NCBI RefSeq assembly: GCF_009914755.1
Contig: NC_060930.1
DNA from: the human T2T-CHM13v2.0 reference genome, Homo sapiens
Reading direction: 5' to 3' (one strand)
DNA: 64,000 nucleotides
The notes beneath the pieces are model-generated. The model was not told the origin of the DNA. It saw only the letters and a program-made list of their open reading frames with translations, and ran no database searches. The first letter of the stretch is position 1, and each line of letters starts with the position of its first letter. A program made the position numbers and the translations under genes. Positions 49,096 through 64,000 of this stretch are shown here, piece after piece.

Positions 49096-51184
49096 GGGTG
49101 TCTGATCTATTCCAGGTGCCTAGTCCAATGCCTATTCTAGGCTCCAGTAAGACATAGACTCTGTAGCATGGTTATGGGTTAGAGATGACTGTGAAATGCT
49201 CAGCTGACCTAGCATAACAAGGGAACTACTTTCTGGAAGTATTCTTAAATAAAATTAAACTCTGAAAGGCAAATGTTTATTTGAAATATTTAATCTGTCT
49301 TTCACTAGGAACATACAACTTTTAAAACTTTGGTAAACTACATTACTTTATAAATGCAATCTGTAACCTGAATAATATATCATGTGTCTTGTTTGTATCT
49401 AGGTTTCTGAAAGCTTAAATACAGATTCAACATTAGTTACATGGAAGGAAAAAGAATCTCACTAATTTACTTGAACAGTATTGTATGGGTATAATTCCTA
49501 GACTAAGTGACTTTTCAAATGGTAGTAACTGCTATACAATAGCTACAATTACTTACTATCATCTAAAAATTATAGGAAGGTAAGCTGCGAAAATTATTTT
49601 TCATTGGAAGATACTTTTAACCAAAAGGTTCAGCTTTAGTTGGAGTAGATTTTTTCCCTTTTATTGCTGTCTAATATTAACACAAACTAGGTTATTTCTT
49701 TTCTCTACGGATTTGTTTATATTGTGTTCAAAATGATTTCTCCATGTTTCCATTTATTTTGAGAGACTAAAATTTATAAAAATTTTCACATTCACTTGTC
49801 TTGATGTAAAGTAATTGCTTCTATTGAAAATGTAATTCACAAGCTTTTGAAAATAATGTAAGCTATACTTATGGCTCAAGACAGAGAAAAATAGTTTAAA
49901 AATCAATAAACTAAAAAACAAATGTATCTGGGGCAATACACCCAAATGAAAAGCAAAGAAAGATATCTCAGGTTATCAGATTCATAGAGTTTTGAAACTG
50001 TTTCAAGGAATCTTGACCATCAATGAGAGCATGGAGGTGCTTATTTTCCATATACTTATTATATGGGAAAATAATTAGAAAGTTTAAACGCAGCAAAGAA
50101 TTGTATCTCAAAAAATGGTCTTGATATTTTGAAATAATTTTAACAAGGGATATTAAATATAACACCAGAAATTTAACAAATATATTTAATCATGAAAATT
50201 GGCATCTAACATTTTGCCAATGTCATCTACAATCTTGAGTCTCCTAGGTATGAGATCTGTCTACCTAGGTCAAAGGCTATTGAACTTGGGACATCTAAAG
50301 AGCTTCATAAAAGACAACTTTCTCCAATATAATAGTAACTTCTGATGTGTACAGAGCTTATTACATTGCTACACGTTTTTACCTGAGCAGTACGATCTTT
50401 TATTTTTAGCTCCTTTGGATGTTTCAATTGCATTTCTAAAAATAATATTTTCATTGCACTTGCAATTTTGTGCATCATTGCCCCTAACTGCATCTTTAAA
50501 ATACATGCTGTGAATATTTAGCCCTAAAGCATACCATGAACTTTCTAAAATGGAGCATGCTTTGATTGCTGTGACTTCTTAATTTTCTCCATGAAATGAA
50601 TATCTTTCATGTATATACTATGAAATCAACAATGCTAAAGGAAGATACTATCCCTCAGATGGCCTGTTCAGTTCTAATTCTCATAACATACATATTCAAC
50701 AAAAATGAGGCCATGTTTATCTCTAATCCCTAGGCAATCCCTAAGCAACAGACAGAAATGTAAGGGCTGTCAACATTCCATGATCTCGTGAGCTCTAAAC
50801 TGCAAGAGAGAAATTTTCTAAGTTCTATAACAGAACTTATTTCAAAGATTTCTTATAAAAGATACATTCCCACAATTGATAATCTGTATAGCTCATTCAG
50901 CAATGTTCTACTTATTTGTTTCAAAGTCAAATAAACAGTACTTATTCATTCAAAAAGTATTTATTGCATGCCTTCTAAGCAATAATCATTATGCTAATGC
51001 TTACTGCTCACTGTGTATGGAAGGGTCTCATAAGGCACAGTAAACAAGGTAATAAATCAAATGATTATACACTGTGATAAGTGCTATAAAATCAATCTCA
51101 GGGCTAAGATCTAGAATAATAGCAGTCAGTAAAGTTCTCTCTGAGGGATGACATTTAAATTTGGCAGTGAAGAAATAGATTAGA

Positions 51185-51399
51185 GTGGTGAGGCAAATTA
51201 TATACAACCCTCTGGTCAAGTCTTGCCCACTGCCTGTTTTTCTAAATAAAGTTTTGTTAAAACACAGCCACACCCATCATTCATGTATTGTTTATAGATG
51301 TTTTGCACTACACAGCACAGTTGAGTAGTTGGAACAGAGGTTGTATGGCCTATAATTTAGAAAATCTTTGCATCTGTTCCTTTATAGAAAAAATTTTCA
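51185..51399 (+). mobile_element. MER58A-like element whose 3' terminus is split by L1 copy C (remainder at about 52843-52860)
   Basis: cccactgcctgtttttctaaataaagttttgttaaaacacagccacaccc...cctttatagaaaaa, resuming as gttttcagatccctag after the L1. Confidence 0.75.
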
Positions 51400-52842
<1,443 letters not shown>

Positions 52843-53067
52843 GTTTTCAGATCCCTAGCAGTAGATGCCTTCCGAACAAAGAGGGGAGAAGGAGCATTCC
52901 ATGGAGAAGGCATAACAGGAGCAATGCCACTTAGAGCAAAATACAACTAAACATGGCATATTAGAGAAACTGAAAGAAACCCAGGTAGCAAGAGGTAAAG
53001 TGGGAGGAGATTGTGGGAACCAAACAAGCTATGCTGAGCCTTGGAGGCTGTGGCGGTGAACAGTGTG

Positions 53068-53368
<301 letters not shown>

Positions 53369-53461
53369 TGTGAATTTTTAATTCTCATGATTACACGAAG
53401 CCATTGGAAAGCTTTTAGAGGGGAGTGACGTGGTATGATTTATGTTGTTTAGAGATTTTAC

Positions 53462-53700
53462 AGCTAATCCTTATGGAGTATTTACTATGTGCACAGTTGT
53501 AAGTCATTTATATGCATTGATTTATTTAAAAGTCTTCCATATTATGAAGTGTAATTGTAATACATAGTTTACAAAGAAAAGCAATGTTGCTTGCTCAAAA
53601 TAATGTGATACACTTGCAAATCGTGGAGGCAGGATTGGAATCCAAACAGTTGTCATGTAGAGTCTATGCTCTTAACCATTAGGCTGTACAGCCTCACATT
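53462..53700. mobile_element. MIR
   Basis: gagtatttactatgtgc...ggaggcaggattggaatccaaacag...tgctcttaacca. Confidence 0.65.
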
Positions 53701-55678
53701 GCCTGTGGTGTACAGTATAGACCATGTGACTTGTGTGTGGGGGAGCAGTGCGGGGAGTACAGTATGTGTGTGTGTGTTTATAAAAGCAGGAATATGAGTA
53801 CCTTAGGAACTGTGAAAATAGTAAAAGTGTAGTAGATGGTAGTGACCTGAGCTGTGAGACTGAATATGCAGATGAAAAATGGCTGACTTTCAGTAAAGAA
53901 GTAGTCGCTTACATTCAGTGCTGACAAGTGGTGAAGTGGGAAGTAGATTGAAAAGCATGGATTCGATTTTCAGCCGGGAGACTCTTGCTGAGAGTTACAC
54001 TTCAAATAGTAACATACTACTTTGCAGAAATCATACATGGTGCCATAGACTAACAAGGACAATTGCATTTAACCCTGCAATTAATTCTGTTTTTCCAGAA
54101 GAGTAACATGAATATGACTAAACTATGTATGGTGAAGGACTATTTTCTTCCCGAGCCTTCATTTAATTTTTTTCTTTACAATTTACCAAACTGCTAGCCA
54201 AAATAGTATTCTCTATTTATAGACTAAAACTTTTCAGATGATTAATTTTGTTGTATAATGTATTCATTTTTATATTTCATTATAGTTGTCTTTCTCTGAG
54301 TAAAATACCTGTCAATGATGTTTTATTGTATAAGACTAAATTATGTTCTTGAAACTAGATGATTTGCTTTCATATACAGATCAAAAAATTCCTTTGTTAG
54401 TATTAAAAGTAAGGTATAAAAGGTTATATACATTTTTAAAAATATAAATGGCCTGTCATAGAATATACTGCGTTAAAATAAATAACTTATAATTGAATAT
54501 AATGAGTTATTAGTTATCTTGGTGAAGGGACAGCAGTTGAATTATCTTATTTAGGAACAACTATCTCCAGTAATCTTTGGATTAAAAAGGTCCAAAAATG
54601 CTTATGGAGACAGTGTAGATAATCTAAAGATTATCTACAATCTTTAGAGATAATAAATTTTAAAAATCAAGAATCTCTTTTCTTGCAAGAGTTCATGTGT
54701 GCCTTTTCTTCTTTGAAAAGAGACATAGCATAGCTTAACATAATTATTCAACATTATAAATCTGAGTTTAATTATAGGGTGAAAGAAAGTGTCTCTCATG
54801 TAAGAAGACAATTACATTTAAGTTATGATGATTAAAAATATCCACAACCCAGCCTTAGCCTCTTTATTCCAAATCTAAATATACAGGACTCTTAAAATTA
54901 TATAAATATTTAAAAATATTCAGTATATTCAATACTATTTGTCTAGTTTTTAAAAATTTTTATACTTTGCAATAAAATAAACCAAAGAAACAAATATAAT
55001 ACAAATGAATGTTCATATATTTAATACTTGAAGATTAATACAGTAGTATACAATAGGCAGAAATAAGTAACTATCATAAATTTTTCATATAAAAATCATG
55101 CTAAGGTATATATAAATGTGGATTTTCACTATAGTGTACCATTCTGTTTTTATGTTTATATGTAAGTAAAATTGAATGTACTACGTGTAACTTAGTAGAC
55201 ATTACTCTACACACTGATTATATGTTTTGCATTTTACTTTTGTGTTATCATTCTAAATCCTATAAATGTTTCATACTATGACAAAGGGCAGATAAAATAT
55301 TATATTAAAGTCAGTCTCAGGAAGGAATAATTAGTATTTTTTGTAACAAAAAAGGATACAAATCTAATTTTGATTTTTTTCCTCATATTAACTTATCCTT
55401 ACTCTTGTTCACATTTTTTATTTAAATATTAAAAATGCAATCAAGCTCATACATGGACATTTTTTAAAATGTCAGGTGGTACAAGAAAGCTTATAAAAAC
55501 TAGCCTGAAGAAAGGTAGACGTTCCCATATCTCAGGCTTACTAACATTTTCAGCTTTTTCATCTGATATCTCCCTACATATCTATAGAAATGTTTATTGA
55601 TTATTTTTGTTACACTAAGCTTGGCATTATCTGTGGGTTTTCTAAGATAGAGGAGAACTTGGCTTTCTTTTGCATTAC

Positions 55679-55680
<2 letters not shown>

Positions 55681-55722
<42 letters not shown>
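55681..55722. repeat. (CA)21 microsatellite
   Basis: Read directly from the sequence. Confidence 0.97.
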
Positions 55723-55725
<3 letters not shown>

Positions 55726-57808
55726 AAATCCATTTGTATTGGTTTAACTATGTCAATAGTGCTCATTGCAAATACAGAGATCGATTTATATTTATATGCA
55801 CACATGTTTTAATGATGTTTTAAACTTTATTTTCTCCATATCTTGTATTTTTACCATTATTCAATTATCAGTTACTCTACCATTAATTTTTCTATGCTAC
55901 CCATATATGTATCTTTTCCCTAGAACCATTTCTCCTAGAGCTTTCCTTCTGTTTGCACTGCTGATCTCTGGGCCTAACTAAATAGCTCTTATAAGAGGAC
56001 TTGCCTTCACAAATGGGTTTCCCTATTTTCCTGGATTCCATATCTTTCTTTTTTTTTTTCTTTCTCTTTCCTGAGGTTTATCTCTAAGTATCCCCTAAAG
56101 GATGACTGGGGTGAGAGATGGTTCTTATATACGAATGCTAAGGGAAGCTTCTCTGAAGTGGTGATCTTTGAGCTAAAGCTTGAGCCATGCAAAGATCTAG
56201 GAAGAGTGAATAGTTAGATAAAAAGCTCCTAAGGAAGTGTGTGCTGTGGATGTCAGTTATAGCAGGGAGGGTAGAGCCTAGCGTCATGGGGAAACTAAAA
56301 GTGGTACCTAACAAAGTGTGAGATTTATTGAAGCAGGATCAGGGTCATCTTGGGCTTTCCAGTCCATGATAAGAGTTTTGAAATTTATTTTTACTTCACT
56401 AAGAAACTACTGGCCAGTTTTAAGCCAAGGAATGATAAGAGCTATTTTTATAATAATATAGAAATGATGAGGAAGGCCTTTTCAGTGACCTGCATTTCTT
56501 CATCTTCAGAATAATAAAGCTGGTGGAATAGATGGAAAAATGATTTAGTATTTCAAATCTCCAGACTAAGGAGATAGATGTTTTTAGCAAAAAAAAAATT
56601 AATAATAGCAAATACTAAAAAGGTTATGAAGCATGAGGGCTCTAAAAAATATGTCTAGTGAAAATATATACCCAGATTAGGGAATACACAAATGATGAAG
56701 AAATGAATACAAATGCAGGAAATAATGTCAAAAGTTTTGACGATGGATTAGAGGGCAAAAAATCTAAATTCGAACCTGACAGGGAAGTATAATTAAGAAG
56801 ATGTGTGGGAATGTAGATATGAAGAATGTTGGTGTGGTGGATGGAAGGGAAGCAAGCAATAGAAAGAAGTTAAAGACAAAAGTAGCAAATATGAGAAAAT
56901 GGGAACCCAGTGTCTCAATACAATTCAGAGTAAAGATCGAGATTCAGCCTGACTAACGAGGAGCTCTGCATATTGATCTAGAGAGATTTTGAGAAAGGAA
57001 GGACAGAGGGAAAAACAGATCTCCATCAGGTAAGGCGTGAGGTTGACAAATGTCTCTTATTCATTTCACAAATACCTATGAACATCTATTTTCTGGGCAT
57101 ATGCTAGGTGCTATGGATATATGATGAGATGCATTTTGTGTTCTCAAAATGTTCATAACTAGTAAGAAAGGCAGAAAGTTAAATACATTTTTCATTGCAA
57201 TAGAAGCATCTGCAAGACAATATGCGTATCCAGGAGTAGCCTTTGGAACCGAACCTGTGGTATCTCTGGGATATACCTCAGTCTTTAGACTAAAGTAAGG
57301 AGCTGAGTGAGGGTTTCATAGAGTAGGTGGTGATTTCCTGATTTTCTGGAGAATAAGTGAGTACTTAAATAGTAGGCACAGAAAGATGCAGAGAGGGAAT
57401 TCTCAACAGTAGTGGTGCTTTTTTTTTTAACAGAAAAACAAAGTTAGACATTGAAAAGTAAAAGTTTCTCAGTATGGGAGATCCTCAAGAAATTCAGAAA
57501 GTGATTATAAACAAAGAATAGATCATAAACTACTATGAACATTATGCTGTAGTGTTTAGGTATTACAAGACAATTGCACATATGATCAAAATTTTATTTA
57601 GAAATATTCCTGTGATCAAAACAGAGGGATACTTTCAGGGGTGAGTGAGAAGGGATTTAAATAGACACTATAACACTATGGGGATATTTTAAAATAAATA
57701 ATTAAACGAGTAATGGGAAGGGAGAAAAGTGTTTGGATAATATTTAAACAAGATTAATAGGACTTGGGGTTGCTTGGGTGTAGGTGAAACTGACCTTAAG
57801 AAGGAGTA

Positions 57809-60179
57809 CAGGCATACTTCAGACACATTGTAGGTTCAATTCCAGACCACTACAATAAGGTGAGTCTCACAATTTTTTAGGTTTTCCAGTGTATATAAAA
57901 GCTATGTTTACATTATACTGTAGTTTAAGTATGCAATATAATTATATCTAAAAACAGCATATATGCCTTAATTTGAAAATATTTCATTGCCAAAAAATGC
58001 TCATGATCATCTGAGCCTTTAGTGATTATTTTTGCTAGTGGAGGGTCTTGATGTTGACAGCTGCTGGCTGGTCAGTGTGGTAGTTTCTGAAGATTGGGAT
58101 GGCTATGGGCATTTCTTAAAATGAGACGTCAATAAAGTTTGCCACATTAATTGACTTACAAAAGATTCCTCTATAGCATGTGATGCAGTTTGATGGCATT
58201 TTACCCACAGGAGAACTTCTTTCAAAACTGCAGACAGTCCTCTCAAACCTTGCCACTGCTTTATCAACTAAATTTGTGTATATTCTATATTCATTGTTGT
58301 TATTTCAACAATGTTCCCAGCATCTTCACCAGGAGTAGATTCTTTCTAAAAAAAAAAAAAAAACCACCTTGTTTGCTCTTCCTTAAGGAACAACTTCGTA
58401 TCCATTAAAGTATCATCATGAGATTATAGCAAGTTAGTCACATCTTCAGGCTCCATTTATAATCCCAGTTATCTTGCTATTTCCACCACAGCAGAAGTTA
58501 CTTCCTCTACTGTAGTATTAAATTCCTCAAACTCATCCATGAGGTTTGGAATCAATTTCTTCTAAACTCCTGTTAATGTTGATATTTTGACCCCTTCCCA
58601 TGAATCATAAATATTCTTAATGGCATCTAGAATGGTGAATTTTTTCCAGAAAATTTTCAATTGACTTTGCCTAGATTCATTGGAGGAATCACTATCTATG
58701 GCAGCTATAACCTTACAAAATGTATTTCTTAAAATATAAGACTTGGAAGTTGAAATTACCCCTTAATCCAATGACTGCAGAATGGATGTTGTATTGTCAG
58801 GCATGAAAAAAAATTAATCAACTTGTAAATCTCCGTCAGAGCTCTTGGATGACCAGACACATTTGTCATGAGCAGTAATATTTTGACAGGAATCTTTTTT
58901 TCTGAGCAGCAGGGTCTCAATAGTGGGCTTAAAATAGTCATTAAAGCATGTTGTAAACAGATGTGCCATAATCTAGGCTTTGTTCTTCCATTTCTAGAGA
59001 ACAGACAGAGTAGATTTAATATAACTCTTAAGGGCCCTAGGATTTTTAGAATGATAAATGAGCATTGGCTTCAACTTAAAGTCACCACCTGCAAGATTCC
59101 CTAACAAGAAAGTCAGCCTATCTTTTGAAGCTTTGAAGCCAGAAATTAATTTCTTTGTAGCTATGAAATTCCTAGATGGCATCTTCTAGTAGAAGGCTGT
59201 TCAATGTACATTGAAAATCCATTGTTTAGTGTAACGACCTTCATCAATGATCTTAGATACATCTTCTGAACAACTTGCTGCAGCTTCTACATCATCACTT
59301 GTTGCTTCATCTTGCACTTCTCTGACATGGAGATGGCTTCTTAAACCTCATGAACCAACCTCTGCTGGCTTCAGACTTTTCTTCTGCAGCTTCCTCGCCT
59401 CTTTCAGCCTTCATAGAGTTGAAGAGAGTTAGGCGTTGCTCTGGATTAGTCTTTGGTTTAAGAGAATGTTGTGGTTGGTTTGATCCATCTGGACCAAACT
59501 TTCTCCATATCAGCCATAAGCCTATTTCACTTGCTTATCATTGGGGTGTTCAATGGAGTAGCACTTTTGATTTCCTTCAAGATCTTTTCCTTTGCATTCA
59601 CAACTTGGCTAAGTAGTGCAAGAGACCTAGCATTTGACCTGTTTCAGCTTTCAACATGCCTTCCTCACGATGCTTGATCATTTCTAGCTTTTGATTTAAA
59701 GTGAGAGATGTGTGACTCTTCCTTTTACTTGAACACTTAGAGGCCATAATAATAGGGTTATTATTTTGAATTGGCCTAATATCAGTATCATTATCATTGT
59801 GTCTCAGGAAATAGGCCCAGAGAAAGAGAGAGACAGAGAGAGAGAAAGGAGAATTACTGGTTGGTGGAACAGTCAGAACACTCACAATATGTATCCATTA
59901 AGCTTGCCATCTCATACGAGTGCAGTTTGTGACATCCCAAAACAATGACAGTAGTAATATCAAAGGTCACTGATTATAAATCAGCATAACATATACTAAT
60001 ACTGGTAAAGTTTAAAGTATGAGAATCATCAAAATGTGGCACAGAAATGCACACTGTTGAAAAAATGACACCCATAGAATTGCTGGTCACAGAGTCCTTA
60101 CTTTGTAAAAAACAAAAACAAAAACAAAAAAATAACAAAACTCAGTATATGTGAAGCACAATAAAGTGAGGCATGCCTG
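57809..60179 (-). mobile_element. Near full-length Tigger1 (TcMar-pogo) with both TIRs and TA TSDs; transposase disrupted
   Basis: TA|caggcatacttc...gaggcatgcctg|TA, 2371 bp. Minus-strand ORF pieces [35 protein letters not shown]...[10 protein letters not shown] and KILLLMTNVSGHP. Confidence 0.95.
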
Positions 60180-61079
60180 TATTGGATGAAAACTGCCAGA
60201 TTTTAATATTAAGCAATCGAGAGAATAGTGACTTTAAGCACTTAGAAATGATAATTAATGTCAAAGCCAAAGCGAGATGAAGCAAGAAAAAGGCTAGCGA
60301 GTGTCGATTGGATTGACCATTCCTAAACTCAAGCACAATTTCTGTGTCTGTTGAAACAGAACTTCAATTGTACATAGTAGATGTAAATAGGTGAGCTGTA
60401 AGTCGTAGACGAGGAAGGGTTGACATTAGAAAGCTGGCTAGAAAAAGAAAAAGAGGAATGGCTAAATGGGAACATAAAACTCAAAATAATCTTTCTGGTA
60501 TACCTATTTTATGAAGACGGAAAAATCTTGGGCATTTGTGAAGTGAGAAAGAAACAAGATATTGGGAAAGGAGGGTATATAACACAGCAAAGTCTTGGAG
60601 GAACAGAGAAGGAAGGGTTGGAACTCAGAATTCACACAAAGATAGGGCATTCATTCCAGAGACAGTTAGGACATTTCATTTTCAAGGAATAAGAGGGCAT
60701 ATAAAACAATAGCTGTAATTACGGATATATGTGGGGTGAGGAGAGTCAAGAGAGTATACTTCTTATGGCTTCTGTTTCAATTGTGAATTCAGAGGCAAGG
60801 CAATTAAATAGGGCATTTGGGAGAGTGCTGCTGATTTAGAACCACTGTCCCAAGAAAAAGGAAAAAACCCTAGTTGACTAGAGAAAATAAAAAGCATCCT
60901 CATAATTGTGCTGTTTTTTCAACAGCACTGAGCAGCCTGCTTGTACAAGTGGAAAATTCACATATAGGACATGGATAGCATCAAATGAGAGGTTGACTGC
61001 TTCAAGTTATAAACTATTTGAGTTATTATGATGTGTTAATGTTGGCAGGTAAGAAATTAAAATCCGAAGCATGTTGTTA

Positions 61080-61209
61080 GACTTTTATGCCTAGTGTTCC
61101 ATTATTGGAATGCTAAGCATGGGAGAGTTATTTATATCCTACTTCTCAAAGATACCTCCAAAGTCTGATTGCAAAAATTCAAAAAATTGCAACCTCAGGC
61201 ATAATTGGG
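61080..61209 (+). mobile_element. MER85 (piggyBac/PGBD3-related MITE)
   Basis: tttatgcctagtgttccattattggaa...ttgcaacctcaggcataattggg|TTAA; left TIR and TSD degraded (ttag). Confidence 0.88.
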
Positions 61210-61894
61210 TTAATAGACTGGGTTATCTAGGATCTAGATAAAGAGTTGGCCTGGGGATGGGAGTTCCAGGAAATAAAACAGGTACAGCATATATAAGTTT
61301 TAATACCAACTCTGAAAAGAAAAGAATTTGAGAAGGCTGATAATTTTGGCATAATACTATAAGAAAATGTATGGAAAATCAAGGAGAGATGAATAAAAAG
61401 TCTTCAGAACATAAAAATAGGGTTGAAATCCTGAATTCATGTTCACCCAATATATGCATTTTCATCAATTTCCCAAAGAAACTTTGGCAACTGGGAAGTG
61501 GTCATAGGGAGTGTATCCTGAACTAAGGACTTTAAAGGGGAGATATAAGGAGTAGTCAAAGAAGACATACATTCTAGTGGCAGCAAGGGCTTTCTTGAGA
61601 TGGTTGATTACCATGTTCAGCAGGTGGAGTTAGGTGGCTAAGAAATCAGTTATAATTAAAAATATTTTTTTAAAAAAAGAATATGAAAGACATAGGTAGT
61701 AAGTTATAGTCAGAAAGTGATTTCTGATCTTGAGATTTTAGTTTTGAAAAGCTCCACATATTTAAAAGGGATAAGATTTTGTCACTGAAGTCTAATGTGC
61801 TAGAAAGGTTATCAATATGGGCATTGAAGAGTTGAGCAGAGATGGCATAGAGTTAGCTGTATTAAATATTTGATAAGTAAATAAATAAATGGGA

Positions 61895-62175
61895 GGCTGG
61901 GCACGGTGGCTCACGTCTGTAATCCCAGCACTTTGGGAGGCCGAGGTGGAAGGATCACGAAGTCAGGAGTTCAAGACCAGCCTGGCCAAGATGGGAAAAC
62001 CCCGTCTCTACTAAAAATACAAAAATTAGCTGGGCGTGGTGGCAGGCGCCTGTAATCCTAGCTACTTGGGAGGCTGAGGCAGAGAATTGCTTGAACCTGG
62101 GAGGCTGAGGTTGCAGTGAGCCGAGATCGCACCACTGCACTCCAGCCTGGGTGACAGAGCAAGATTCTGTCTCAA

Positions 62176-62214
<39 letters not shown>

Positions 62215-62216
62215 AT
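61895..62216 (+). mobile_element. AluS with a (TAAA)n tail
   Basis: Full Alu with TSD ...taaataaat(g/a)gga. Confidence 0.93.
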
Positions 62217-62632
62217 AGGATAATGGACAAGTGCTTGGATAAATGGAAAGTAAATAAAAGGCATTAGAAACACTGAGTGTAAATGGTGGTATTTGGAAGT
62301 TGTATAATGATAGCAATGAGAATGAAAAGGGGTGGTAATTAATATGAAAAACAGAACATCTGGGCCAAAATATATTCTATTCCTGGGGTAACCCCCCATC
62401 TATTTTGTCTGAATGTTTATATTGATTAATAAACCTGAATCACAAAATTATATTCTGCCAATATCTGTACATATCTAATAGTGAGAAGCCCTATATGATT
62501 ATTTCTTAGCTTTGAGGCTTTTGATGATACTGAATTAATTTCTTGCTTCACAGAATATTTAAGTGAAAATTCTTGGTGTGGTTTATTCACACAGCATATG
62601 ATGTTTAATATTAGTAGTTCTGGTGGATACTT

Positions 62633-63130
62633 TGTGTTACTTCTTCAGATGTACTCTCAATCTATTTCCACCTGCCTCTCATCCCAAGGAGGTGGACCTG
62701 TATGGATTTCAATGGAGTAATATTACCTTCTGATGACCATCTGAGTTCAGCCAATGAGCAACTCTAGCAAGAGATGAGTGGGAAGGAGCAGAATGAGTTT
62801 GGGCTGTGTATGCCCCCAGCTTCATTCCTGTATCACGTCCCCTGCTAGGTTGGATTCCCATATGGAAGGTCGCGGGTCCTCTCCAGGCAGTCCTTTCTAC
62901 ACAGCTGGCTCTCTCACTATAGGTTTTGGCAACTGCTGACTGCCTTCTCCCCTTAGGCACTGGGAATGATAAAAAGCTCCTCTACTGTTAGGCTCGGCAT
63001 TCCCCACTCTCCTTTATGGTTTCTCTACTCCTTGGCTATACAGTCCTAAATACTCCTTCATGAAACCATCCTCAAATTTTCCTAATTTGAGTGTGCCATC
63101 TGTTTCCTACTGGGAACCTGACTCAGGCAA
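62633..63130. mobile_element. ERVL solo LTR (LTR33-like)
   Basis: TG...CA ends and terminal tttgagtgtgccatctgtttcctactgggaacctgact, typical of the LTR33 group. Confidence 0.65.
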
Positions 63131-64000
63131 AATCAAAAAAATTATCAACAACCTTGTTATTAACCTGTGTAAAAATGTGTCTTTATGACCTTGCAATATT
63201 TTCTCATATACTACTTTTACCATGTATCACTATACTACATTTTAAAGATGCATTTCATTGGATTATTATTTTATAATTTTCATTCCCATTTTAAGTTCAT
63301 TTAGAGGAAGGCAAACTCCCAAATATAAATGTAGCTATGTCTCTTAATTCGTTTACACTAAGATCCTTGGTAGCACAATACTTTATTCCTTGGCTTGTGA
63401 GATACCTAGAGATTTCTAGAGAAATTCTTCACATATAGATATATGTGCCCATCTTTAAAAATATTTTAGACAATGATGTTGGTTGGCATGGCTATGTTGA
63501 ATTGCTAACAAGCCAGAAGGCTTTTGTCCTGGCAGGAATAAAGTGATATTTGATCACAGGATGCAGTTTTACTATGAAAAGAGAGAAATCACTTCTCAGA
63601 AGCTCTGAGTTAAATTAGAAAGCAGGTTGATTACTTTTAATACTGCAGATGATTGACTAGAAACAAAGACCATGTGTCAGAACAAAAGTGTTAATACCTG
63701 AAACAGCCTCTTTTTTTATTTTTATTTTTTTGCCAATGAACAAAAATGACTGCTTGGAAGATCATTAATAGGCATGAAAATAAGCCCTTTTAATGTAATA
63801 TCTTTATTCCAAGTTGAAATTCACTGACTGAAAAAAGTATTTAAATTCATAAGATATAATCATATAAGAATGGTATTTCTAATTTATTCCTAATTGGTTT
63901 TAATCAGTTAGCATGATCTATAGCCTAATTTTAATTTATAAAACAATGAGCAATATTTTTCTTCACTGTAAGAATAATATTAAACACTTAGATCTTTAAA

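Noticed and set aside
48461-49096. 211-aa plus-strand ORF
   Set aside because: Chimera of L1 ORF2 C-terminus, degenerate flank and a TA-rich repeat.

Overview
AT-rich, repeat-dense primate (human or great-ape) genomic DNA. The only protein-coding sequence I can support is one 147-nt internal exon on the minus strand (4057-4203), which is missing from the ORF track. It encodes (D)AGLFFPSFNGNSYLELPFLKFVLEKEHNRTVTIYLTIKTNSLNGTILY(S), which I recognise as the start of a laminin-G domain of EYS (eyes shut homolog, RP25), exon 32 in the usual numbering. The rest is intron 32 (1-4056) and intron 31 (4204-64000). These contain four young L1PA copies (one near full length, three with twin-priming inversions), two old deleted L1M elements, eight Alus, a near-complete Tigger1, MER1A, MER33, MER58, MADE1, MER85, several solo LTRs (MLT2A1, MLT1, LTR33-like), an ERVL reverse-transcriptase fossil and L2/MIR debris. 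I see no new gene system. The strongest signal is local sequence exchange. The two same-orientation L1PA copies that bracket exon 32 share a 507-bp tract that is 99.6% identical and carries six non-consensus variants. This is a gene-conversion footprint and a ready substrate for a 12.2-kb exon-32 deletion or duplication. Smaller footprints of the same kind recur: an Alu-Alu patch, two dispersed doublets, a self-corrected MADE1 palindrome, and snap-back or tandem templated inserts. Repeat subfamily names come from remembered consensus sequences, alignments were done by eye, and boundaries of old repeats are approximate.
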